Shown here piece by piece: positions 40,103-49,138 of a DNA stretch of 64,000 nucleotides. The DNA is taken from IMG/VR virus record IMGVR_UViG_3300006153_000386, positions 1 to 64,000 of that record; one strand, written 5' to 3'. The stretch is from a virus. Taxonomy: Duplodnaviria > Caudoviricetes. The position numbers and the translations under genes were made by a program. Below the pieces are notes generated by a model, which saw only the letters and a list, made by a program, of their open reading frames with translations, was not told where the DNA came from and made no database searches. Each line of letters begins with the position of its first letter. The first letter of the stretch is position 1.

Positions 40103-40194
40103 CGCAGATATTCGGACTTGAACCGAAACGCCGTCATAGGACGACTACTGGAAGATTAGCAGTCTTCTCCCTTACCAATTAGGGTTATATCTGC
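40103..40194 (-). tRNA. tRNA-Ser(GCT)
   Basis: GAAGA-CTGCTAA-TCTTC; long variable arm; GTTCAAG. Confidence 0.85.
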
Positions 40195-40238
40195 ATATGA
40201 TTAGGAGAGCAGCAATACTAAACTACTCTCCACATTTT

Positions 40239-40535
40239 TTAATGTGAATTCTCCCAAACAAGATCCACACCATACTGCAAATTATCAATAAATCTTAATT
40301 CACTAAGATTATATGTCCTCAATAATTCAGTACATTTTTCCTCAAATCTATCCTTGTCTTCCTCTTCATAAATCACGTTTTCAAATTGACCAGTTGGAGT
40401 ATAAACAATCTTATCAATTAAATTCCCTGAATCATCTTCAACTTTCTCAACAGTTTCCTTCATAATTTCCTTTTTTACTTGTAAGAAAGAGAAGTGTCCA
40501 TTGTTCTTCTTATCTTGAATTAATATAGAATACAT
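40239..40535 (-). CDS. Hypothetical phage protein
   Basis: RBS GGAGG. Confidence 0.6.
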   Translation of the reverse strand: MYSILIQDKKNNGHFSFLQVKKEIMKETVEKVEDDSGNLIDKIVYTPTGQFENVIYEEEDKDRFEEKCTELLRTYNLSELRFIDNLQYGVDLVWENSH

Positions 40536-40546
40536 AACAGTGCCTC

Positions 40547-41008
40547 CTACAATGTCTGTTCAATAGTCTCTTCAAAACTGTTAACGTGACTCCTGGCAAT
40601 CTCCAAAAGTTCTTTAATTCTTGCGATTACCTTTGTCTCAAAGAGAATTGTCTTTGCCTGAGCCAAGACATGCTTATCTGCAAAAATAGTTCCATCAAGC
40701 TCAGAATCAAGAATTTTCTTTGCATCAATAGAAATAGAAACCTCGAAATTTTCATCAAGCATAAATTCTTTATTATTCAGATCCAGATTTACTTCAACAG
40801 CATTTGCCTCAGTAGAAACTACAGGAAGTCCATCAGATACAATGAATTTATCTTTAAACTCAATATCCGCATATCTAAGGAGCTGCGGAGTATCCTCCAG
40901 CATAGCCAATTCACTTTCAGCGGTCACAGATGCAGTTCCCCACTCAGATGGTTTAATTACGGTTGTATATGTATCATTTTCAATGCTTCTGATAGGTAAA
41001 ATTTTCAT
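40547..41008 (-). CDS. Hypothetical phage protein
   Basis: Coupled ORF. Confidence 0.6.
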   Translation of the reverse strand: MKILPIRSIENDTYTTVIKPSEWGTASVTAESELAMLEDTPQLLRYADIEFKDKFIVSDGLPVVSTEANAVEVNLDLNNKEFMLDENFEVSISIDAKKILDSELDGTIFADKHVLAQAKTILFETKVIARIKELLEIARSHVNSFEETIEQTL

Positions 41009-41298
41009 TATGTATTGTCCTCACTTTCTTCGTATTCTAATTCATTATACAAATCACGAAATATAATATAAATATCTCGAATTACTTTTTTGGATAAGGC
41101 ACAATTCAAATCTTGATATTTGAAGTCCGTATTATCCATTAACAAATCTACTTTATTTGTTGTTCTATTTACATTAAATTGTGCAATAGTAGCAGAAGAA
41201 AAAAGTAGTTCTGCTTGTTCTAATTTTCTTCCTCCATCACTACGAATTGTTCTTACTTCACCTAATCTTAAAGGTCTATCAATATCATAATTTGCCAT
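41008..41298 (-). CDS. Hypothetical phage protein
   Basis: RBS AGGTGA. Confidence 0.6.
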   Translation of the reverse strand: MANYDIDRPLRLGEVRTIRSDGGRKLEQAELLFSSATIAQFNVNRTTNKVDLLMDNTDFKYQDLNCALSKKVIRDIYIIFRDLYNELEYEESEDNT

Positions 41299-41337
41299 TT
41301 TATCACCTGCTTTCTTTAGATATTTATAAAATAATAG

Positions 41338-41418
41338 TCGGTGGAGTAGGATTTGAACCTACGAATCAATTGAAACAAATTTACAGTTCGCCCGCTTTAA
41401 CCACTTGCATATCCACCG
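41338..41418 (-). tRNA. tRNA-Tyr(GTA)
   Basis: CT-GTA-AA loop; GTAGGTTCAAATCCTAC T-arm. Confidence 0.85.
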
Positions 41419-41872
41419 TTATAGAAAAATGATAGAAAATAGAATGGGGTAGGAGAGTACAGAAGACTCTCCAGACATGCACATAAAATTTCGAAATGTT
41501 CATACTTAATGCATGAATAGACTCCATAATTGGAGAAAATAGATTTTTCAAAAACTTTTCGTTTAACCTTTCAATACTTACTACGGCAGTTGTCAGCTTA
41601 TTATAGTTTCGGTTATTACTATTTACTGCCTGTGACAGTTATACATCCGCAAAGGATATAGGTTGAGTTCCACATTATATAATTGTTTATTAATTTATTA
41701 TATGATTAATGATTGATTTAGAGGAATTAATTGACAATATAGGTGATATTTTACAGAATAATAACAAGCACTGCCTAAGTACGGTAGGACGGTTTGTCCT
41801 TCTGCCAAGGGACTGTGACCCTCCATTTACATAGAATTCTGAAAGGGAATCTGGGAAAGGAGGGCAGAACAG

Positions 41873-41977
41873 ATGTTGATATTGGAAGGACTTATTGCAG
41901 TGTTGGTTTTTGGCCTGACCTGCTTCGGACTTGGATATGCCATCGGAAACGATGATAGAAACAATTCACAAAAATAA
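41873..41977 (+). CDS. 34-aa single-TM peptide, type I toxin-like; not in the ORF track
   Basis: MLILEGLIAVLVFGLTCFGLGYAIGNDDRNNSQK*; strong RBS; structured leader; TTGACA at 41731. Confidence 0.7.
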   Translation: MLILEGLIAVLVFGLTCFGLGYAIGNDDRNNSQK

Positions 41978-42036
41978 CCGCCCAGGCCCTAATCTGATGC
42001 GGTTATAATCTTTTATACCTATTCAATTCAATAGGT

Positions 42037-42339
42037 TTATTTTGTAAAGTTATTTTTCAGAATACATTGTCCACCAGAAAAACTAATTTCATCCCAACCA
42101 TTAGTTTTTGCTTTCTCTGTGAACCACTCTTGAACTTTTTGAGTTACTTTTTGCATATCCTCATCATCCCCATGTTCCTGATTATAAATTCCTAAAACTT
42201 TTTTACTGTCAACAATTGTATTAGGATCATTTTTAGATCTGTCATCTGGATCTGGAAAAACATATTTTCTCGACATTTTCATTTTGCCTCCTTTGAATTT
42301 ATATAGATGTATTATATAATAAAACTCATATAAATTCAA
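42037..42339 (-). CDS. Hypothetical protein; likely start near 42282
   Basis: RBS AGGAGG. Confidence 0.55.
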   Translation of the reverse strand: MNLYEFYYIIHLYKFKGGKMKMSRKYVFPDPDDRSKNDPNTIVDSKKVLGIYNQEHGDDEDMQKVTQKVQEWFTEKAKTNGWDEISFSGGQCILKNNFTK

Positions 42340-42403
42340 TTATATTTTGTATTTTAGGGTTTTGGGATTGAAATAAATGAAATTGGAGTTTCAAGACAAA
42401 TAC

Positions 42404-43444
42404 TTACATATCAGACAAAGATTTCTTTTCTATATCTTTGATACCATCTTCTCCAAAGTATTGAGCAAACTGTTCATCTGCATCTATGTCTTTATAAGTG
42501 GCAACCATGTCATTTGATTCCCAACCAACAAGATTTTTAATTACATCATCTGGTAATCCACTACGAGAACAACTAGTTGTGAAGAAGTGACGTAATGAGT
42601 GCCAGTAAAACGGTACACCTAAAATTTTTGTAAATGTATCTGCCCAACTATCCATAGTTGTAATTGGTACTTGTTCATCAATATAAACACCATTTTCTTT
42701 TCTTGGAATCAACCACTCAGAGGTAATATTGTTTTCTTCTCTATATTTTAACCATAAATCTAAGTATTTCTGAAAACCATTTTTTAGTGTATAAACTATA
42801 AGCTGCTTACCACGTGATCCTCTGCCCTTGGTAGTTACAGTCTCAGGTGTCTTATATAAGGAACCATAAATGACATTTTCATTAGTAAAATATGATAACT
42901 TCATTCTTGGCAATTCTGCTTTTCTTCTACCATTATTCATTGCTAATGAAAGCATACACGCCTTATCGTACTGTCCCTTTTCAACTAATTTATCTAATAA
43001 TTCTTGTAACTGACTTTCTTCAAGAATAGTCTTTTCTCTAACAGCACAAGCTGCTGGGCTTTCGATTTTTCTGATTATTGGTCTATATCCTTCAAATTCA
43101 TCATCCATCATATTTTCAATGAAGTTGCTCATAGACGAGAGGGTAGATTTTACTCTTCGCATTCTTGCAGGACTCCAACCCAAAGTATTCAAACAATAAT
43201 TCTGATATTTTGCAATTTCACGTTTAGATAAATCCACAAAGAATTTATTATTGTTATTATCAAGATTCCAGCACCAGAATATGTTTAAGTCATTGCGATA
43301 GGCATCCACTGTAGATTTACTTCGATCAATGGAAGTAAGATATTCTAAGAAATCGTTTCCCAATTGAAGATTTTCTGGATTGACCTTTGATATTTTTTCT
43401 GGTGAAGAAATACTGTTATAGACAGTTTTTCTACCATTTCCCAT
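42404..43444 (-). CDS. Tyrosine recombinase (XerC/D-like)
   Basis: GRRKAEL, HSLRH, VGW...Y catalytic residues. Confidence 0.9.
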   Translation of the reverse strand: MGNGRKTVYNSISSPEKISKVNPENLQLGNDFLEYLTSIDRSKSTVDAYRNDLNIFWCWNLDNNNNKFFVDLSKREIAKYQNYCLNTLGWSPARMRRVKSTLSSMSNFIENMMDDEFEGYRPIIRKIESPAACAVREKTILEESQLQELLDKLVEKGQYDKACMLSLAMNNGRRKAELPRMKLSYFTNENVIYGSLYKTPETVTTKGRGSRGKQLIVYTLKNGFQKYLDLWLKYREENNITSEWLIPRKENGVYIDEQVPITTMDSWADTFTKILGVPFYWHSLRHFFTTSCSRSGLPDDVIKNLVGWESNDMVATYKDIDADEQFAQYFGEDGIKDIEKKSLSDM

Positions 43445-43534
43445 AAAATATTCACTTCCTTCCGTTCAATAAGTAACTTGTCACATCACAAGTTGACTGG
43501 CTACTTGCACCGCCAATATATCTCTATATGTGAA

Positions 43535-44373
43535 TTAATCCGATTTATTATTTAGCAAATCATCAATTTCAACATTATTTTCTCTACATAATGACAAAGC
43601 TACACTGATTGCGTTTGCTAATTCTGAATCATCAATCATATTCAATGTCTTAGGTTTCTTTCCAGTAGTGTTAATATGATTGGTAATTCTTGAATTTATA
43701 TTGATACTGTGTTTGTATAAAAGTTCTTTCTTGTAGTTATTCCATGCTTTACCAAAGTCTCCAATAGAAGAAGCATACGCTCTAACCAAAGAATTAATCA
43801 AAGGCCTATCTGCCCATTCAAGATTTTTCTGTGCAAGAAGATCGTTCTCATTATTTAAAGAAACAATTTTCTTTTGTTTTTCCTCAATATTAACAAGCAA
43901 TCCTTTAACTAGCGATTTCTGTTCATCTGGAACATCTGAAAAATATGTATTTACCATTAGTTCAACATTATTAATATAACCACCTGTTTTACGGATTGTA
44001 GGTAAAACCTCAGATGTAACCCAATGTTTAAAATCTTTTGCTGTGTCAAGTTCACTTCCAAATATTAAAGCATATAGTGCAGATTCATTAATTATATATC
44101 CACCCCTTTGACCTAATTCTTTGATATCAAACTCAACACCTGTGAGGGGATGAGTTTTATCATAAAGAATATAATCATCTTCGTGACACTGTTGCTTTAA
44201 TACATCTGAATATCCTTTCTTGTAACCAAGTGCTTCAACAACATCTTTTCCTACAAATAAACTTCATTATTTATAAGTATAACTCTTATTTTTCCGAATT
44301 TTTTGTTTTGAAAAATTTTAAGGATATTATTAATGTTAGAAGTTCCTTTATTGTCATCTTTTTTCTTTCTCAT
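43535..44373 (-). pseudogene. BRO-N family protein, frameshifted near the 5' end
   Basis: FVGKDVVEALGY...INESALYALIFGS...WVTSEVLPTIRKTGGY is in frame with 43535-43957, but ATG 44373 reaches an early stop. Confidence 0.75.
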
Positions 44374-44660
44374 TTTTGTTTTCTCCTTTTAATCAAAAAA
44401 AAATTATTTTCAGTAAAAGGAGAGTGGGAGGTAATTATCCTCCAAGTCTCTCCATTGTTGGTGTGGTAGAGCATACCCTACACATGCGTACCACCAATGG
44501 CTTATCCGTCTAAAGGTAATCAGTCGCTTCACTGATCGGCAGTTACTTTCACTCACTGCAAATCTCTAAGTTATATTTCTCCAAATAAAAAAGACTTACG
44601 CTCAATTTCTGAACGCAAGTCTTTTTTATAAAAAATCTCATCGAATATCAGATACTATAT

Positions 44661-45305
44661 TTACCAATAAAACCTAAGTGGCTGTGGATGATACTCATAA
44701 AGATATTGTCTATATAACATATCAAACATACCAGACACTTCTCTCTGAAAATTCTTTCTCATATCACGAATAATCTTTTCTGCTTCATCAGTATCTAAAC
44801 CGACTTTTACAGTAATACTATATCCAGAATCATCCAACTCATCTTCGGGGTCAGTTCCATCTAAATTTGTTTCGACATCATTATCATCTTCGTTGATATC
44901 CTCTAATTCCTCATTACCAATAGTAAACCAATCATGCTCTCCTAATGGCATATACTCATTGTTCTGCATATCAACCATTGCCTTGCTATTCACATCTTCA
45001 TGAAATAAAATATAACCATCCGTGGAAACGTATTTATCCTTTTGGGCAAGATAACATTTTTCTACATTAACGTGCCAATTATCGGATTCTACATCATCAA
45101 ATAGAGATACAATATATTCTCTATCGTATTCTTCATCATAATCAAGTTCACAACTTTCAAGAATTACATTTTTGTAATTAAGTAATTCCACCATAATATC
45201 AGTGACCATCTTTTTATTTGCAATTACAGACACAAGATTATCTTCGTTATCTAAATTGTCAAACATGTGAGATACTAAATTTTCAATATTTTCAAAGTTC
45301 AACAT
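44661..45305 (-). CDS. Acidic hypothetical phage protein
   Basis: RBS GGAGG. Confidence 0.6.
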   Translation of the reverse strand: MLNFENIENLVSHMFDNLDNEDNLVSVIANKKMVTDIMVELLNYKNVILESCELDYDEEYDREYIVSLFDDVESDNWHVNVEKCYLAQKDKYVSTDGYILFHEDVNSKAMVDMQNNEYMPLGEHDWFTIGNEELEDINEDDNDVETNLDGTDPEDELDDSGYSITVKVGLDTDEAEKIIRDMRKNFQREVSGMFDMLYRQYLYEYHPQPLRFYW

Positions 45306-45323
45306 ATAACTACCTCCAAAAAG

Positions 45324-45599
45324 TTAAGCCTTTACAGCATCCTTTAATGCTTTACCAGCCTTAAACTTGGGAGATTTAGAAGCTGTAATGGTAATTGTTT
45401 CCCCTGTGGCTGGATTCCGCCCCTGACGTTCTGCACGTTCTACAACCTCAAAAGTTCCGAAACCTGTAATGGAAACTTTATCTCCATCAACCAATGTATC
45501 AGCAACAATATTAGTAAAGGCATTCAGTACCTTTTCAGCATCCTTTTTAGAAATTTCAGCCTTTTCAGCCATACCTGTGATCAATTCTGTTTTATTCAT
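45324..45599 (-). CDS. hup: DNA-binding protein HU
   Basis: MNKTELI...GFGTFEV..RAERQGRNPATG...PKFKAGKALK. Confidence 0.95.
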   Translation of the reverse strand: MNKTELITGMAEKAEISKKDAEKVLNAFTNIVADTLVDGDKVSITGFGTFEVVERAERQGRNPATGETITITASKSPKFKAGKALKDAVKA

Positions 45600-45895
45600 A
45601 TAATTTTTTTATTCCTTTCAATTTTCAATCTTTTTTAAAAGTGAAATAGCGGCATCAACAATTCCCTATCTCCGAGCCGTCTATTAATTTGGGCGTAGTA
45701 CGGCTAATGACCACCTCTGCTAGTTGGAATTAATATAATACGATACAGTAGTGACACTATATCGCTTAATCGAAGCGGACTACTCAAAAGTAGAAGAGTA
45801 GTCCTGTTCTCCATAGTCACTTATGCACATATAAAATAGAAAAACTGTGTCACTCGTACACAGTCTACTTTGTCATGAAATTAGTATTCTATTTG

Positions 45896-47113
45896 TCAAT
45901 CTAATGAAACAGGATAACAAGCCTTTATCCCATCGCTGTCAATTACACAAACCATCTGTGAAGGATTACCACTGAGCCTCTTAGAAATTGTATAATCATC
46001 AGTTGTTCCGCTAAAACTGCCACTTCTAATAATTTTTACATTTGCGATATCGTCATAAGAACATCGATGCAAATGACCATAAAATATTCCTCTTGGTTTG
46101 AAATTGAGCATCATAACCAATTTAGACACACCAGATTCAGAGTAACTATCCCAATCACCATGTACCATAAGATATTCATTGCCACGAATTATGCAAGTGG
46201 CAATAGTGGAATCATAATTTTCATTATCAATAAAAATTATATTCTGCAAATGGTTTAATTTTGCTTTCATATACCATGGAATAAGATTATCTAATCTATT
46301 TCCTCTGAGAACCTGATCCTTAAATGATGTCCTTGAATGATTCCCAGCTACTCCATTTATATACACAGTCCTAAAACGTTTGCTCAATTCATAAATGAAT
46401 GCAGAAATTAACTCCGCACTTTTTTGGATTTGCTCAGTGACATTTTCTCTATTTTCTAATTGTGTTGTAAAATGGATTTCGCCATTAAGAATATCACCTA
46501 ATATACCAACATACGCATTTTCCGACTTGTGTATATTTTGTATTTCAATTATTTTTGAGAAATACTGAGATAATCTATTAGCAGCAATGTCGGAATTATA
46601 TTTTCCGAAATAATTATCTGTGTCAATTCCTAAATGAAAATCAGATAAACAGATAAATAAATCATTGTCAGCAGATGCAATAAAATTATTCACTGGTGGA
46701 AGAGTGGTAGAACCATTCTTTTTGATTAGGCGTTCTAATTTGGATAAATCTTCTTCAATTCTTGCATTTTCACGTAATGTTTTATTTAGGGCAGTACGCT
46801 CATCAAAAAGTTTTTGCTTTTCCTTCCTTATATCTTGTTTCTGAAGCTGTAACTCTTTAAAATAAGAATCTTCATCTTTACAAGTCTTAAAAGCGTTGGC
46901 ATCTAAATATCTTTTGGCTTGCTGATAGGGCTTTCTATAAGCCGCCTCGCTCCTGTACTCAGATTCGTCAGACCTAAATTCTGAATTTATAATTGCAGCT
47001 ATTTCTTCCCAGTTCATGTCAAGAGTACCAGCATCTTTAGCAGAACCAAGTCTAAATATAAACTGTTCCTCATTTTCATTCTCTAAGCTATGTAAGTCAA
47101 TAATAGTAGTCAC
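45896..47113 (-). CDS. Calcineurin-like metallophosphoesterase
   Basis: SDFHLG, LGD, GNH, VHGD and GHLH motifs. Confidence 0.85.
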   Translation of the reverse strand: MTTIIDLHSLENENEEQFIFRLGSAKDAGTLDMNWEEIAAIINSEFRSDESEYRSEAAYRKPYQQAKRYLDANAFKTCKDEDSYFKELQLQKQDIRKEKQKLFDERTALNKTLRENARIEEDLSKLERLIKKNGSTTLPPVNNFIASADNDLFICLSDFHLGIDTDNYFGKYNSDIAANRLSQYFSKIIEIQNIHKSENAYVGILGDILNGEIHFTTQLENRENVTEQIQKSAELISAFIYELSKRFRTVYINGVAGNHSRTSFKDQVLRGNRLDNLIPWYMKAKLNHLQNIIFIDNENYDSTIATCIIRGNEYLMVHGDWDSYSESGVSKLVMMLNFKPRGIFYGHLHRCSYDDIANVKIIRSGSFSGTTDDYTISKRLSGNPSQMVCVIDSDGIKACYPVSLD

Positions 47114-47119
47114 CTACTT

Positions 47120-47332
47120 TCATTCTTCATCAAACATCGAACTAGAAATTGGAGCAGCTCCACCCAATTTAAGATCAATAGCCTGTCCAACATACTGTTT
47201 AAACATATTTACAATACTAATAGGAGCGTCAAATGCTTCCTCATTCACTAAAACTAATTCGCCATTGATTTCCTCAACTCTTGCACCTACAATATTTTCA
47301 ATTGTTTGGTGTGTATTATCTAATTTTGCCAT
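47120..47332 (-). CDS. Small phage protein (YonK-like)
   Basis: Size and position; weak resemblance. Confidence 0.4.
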   Translation of the reverse strand: MAKLDNTHQTIENIVGARVEEINGELVLVNEEAFDAPISIVNMFKQYVGQAIDLKLGGAAPISSSMFDEE

Positions 47333-47453
47333 TTAAAATCTTCCTTTCATTTATGCTTTTTTATATCTTTTCAACACTTATATTTACAATTTGTGGGCTA
47401 TTGACGATGAGCCTTGCAACGGAGGACTGTTTTGTACTAAACAGACAAAAGAG

Positions 47454-47523
47454 TAGCGGATTCTGACTCGAACAGACCCATTGGGGTATGAACCCAATAT
47501 GCAACCATTTACACCTTACCGCA
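47454..47523 (-). tRNA. tRNA-Met(CAT), initiator-like, degenerate acceptor stem
   Basis: TTGGG-TTCATAC-CCCAA; GTTCGAG. Confidence 0.6.
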
Positions 47524-47525
47524 AA

Positions 47526-47599
47526 TGTACCCAATAGGATTTGAACCTATGACATTCTGATTAAAAATCAGATGCTCTACCAAACTGAGCTATGGATAC
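47526..47599 (-). tRNA. tRNA-Lys(TTT)
   Basis: TAGCTCAG..GGTAGAGC; TCTGA-TTTTTAA-TCAGA; GTTCAAA. Confidence 0.9.
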
Positions 47600-47991
47600 A
47601 AGAACAAATGACGATACTGCTAGAATAGCAGTACCGCCACCTGTATAAGAAATGAGAAATAAAACTAACTAATAAGAAATAAATCTCAAACACTCTGTAT
47701 AAACGCCTATATAATTACTTCCAGAGCAACGAATCCGTACAGTCTTGAATGGGAATCTTAACTGGTTTCATCACGTTTCGCAAGTTTTTAATATGGCATC
47801 ATCCCAACTAACTTATAACCATATCTTAGACGAAAAATAATTTCTACTCATTTAAGAGCTATTTTCAGAACCGGCAACGAATTAGTACCGATGTACTTTT
47901 GATAGGTAGTCACAACCTAAATATTTCAAACCACGACCTTTATTTCTCCATATCGTGTAGGATAAATCACTGTTCTGTTTTATTATTTCTA

Positions 47992-48708
47992 TTAAGCAGC
48001 TTTGAAGTTTTTATCATTTTCAATTAAAAACTCATAATTTACAATAATATCATATACTTCATTAGGAATAATATTTTTATATTCATTTGCAACTTTTATT
48101 ATTTCTTGTTTCTTTTTCTGAGTCTGGTAATAATACGCCTCTTCGATAGTGTTATATATACCTATAGATTCACCACCATATTTGGCTTGATAACCATTAA
48201 TACATTTGATTATTCCATTTGGCAAATCTCGTTTATTTGGTTTGTTAAGAAATAGCATATTGATTTTTTGTGGAACGAGTATACATGTATCTGGCGAATA
48301 AACTTTACAACATGGATTTTTAATGTCTTTATCTACATGCAGTCTTTCATTTACAACATATTTATGATTTTCAAACCATTGAGCAAAGTTTTGAAAATTT
48401 AACCACTCATCACAAACGGAACGTTTATCTAAGTATGCGTTATTTTTAGCATTTTCTTTTTGATAATAGCATCTTTTTATCATGTTTACCCAAGCAGTAT
48501 ATTCTTGCGTATATTCTCCATTTGTTGTCACTTTAACTTTATATTTTCCACTACCAATTGCTCCAACGCCATAAAGACATTTATCATAGGGATTTTTGAT
48601 TTCGCCTCTTTTAAAGTTTGAATATGTAACATGCTTTTTAATAAAATGATAATCATCTAAAAATTCTACATCCATATCATCATGTCTTCTATAGAATACA
48701 ACTTTCAT
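47992..48708 (-). CDS. HNH/AP2-type homing endonuclease-like protein
   Basis: WVNMIKRCY...VCDEWLNFQNF...LHVDKDI...YSPDTC. Confidence 0.75.
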   Translation of the reverse strand: MKVVFYRRHDDMDVEFLDDYHFIKKHVTYSNFKRGEIKNPYDKCLYGVGAIGSGKYKVKVTTNGEYTQEYTAWVNMIKRCYYQKENAKNNAYLDKRSVCDEWLNFQNFAQWFENHKYVVNERLHVDKDIKNPCCKVYSPDTCILVPQKINMLFLNKPNKRDLPNGIIKCINGYQAKYGGESIGIYNTIEEAYYYQTQKKKQEIIKVANEYKNIIPNEVYDIIVNYEFLIENDKNFKAA

Positions 48709-48786
48709 CTTTGTCCCAAACGTATTTATTCGTATTTCATTTAATCTATTAATATTGATTCCTCCTTACCCAAGGAAAGATAAATT

Positions 48787-49056
48787 TTATTGTTTTAACT
48801 TAGAACTGGGAATAAAACGTATATATTTAGCATTGGGGATTTCTTGAATGGAACCATCACTTATATTTTTCCCCTTTGTCTTTTTTGTGAATGGGTAGAA
48901 TCTTCCAAGCCCTTCAATTTTAACTACATGTCCATTCCTTATTTCATTACCAATAATATTTATAAAAGTGTTAATTGTATCTTCAACCCTATTTTTTTCA
49001 ATATTGCTTTCGACAGTTTTCCATGTCTCGTGAATTAGTTCAGATTTTACTATCAA
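48787..49056 (-). CDS. Divergent HU/IHF-family protein
   Basis: VKIEGLGRF...KGKNI...IRFIPSSKLK. Confidence 0.75.
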   Translation of the reverse strand: MIVKSELIHETWKTVESNIEKNRVEDTINTFINIIGNEIRNGHVVKIEGLGRFYPFTKKTKGKNISDGSIQEIPNAKYIRFIPSSKLKQ

Positions 49057-49138
49057 TTATCACCCTTTCTTATTCCTACCTTAATGCATCCTTATCTGCA
49101 AATCCAAATTTTCCGAGTAGTACTCGGAAAATTTGGAT

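Noticed and set aside
42404-43444. Prophage integrase marking an att boundary
   Set aside because: Internal to the phage gene block, with no att repeat or host genes visible nearby
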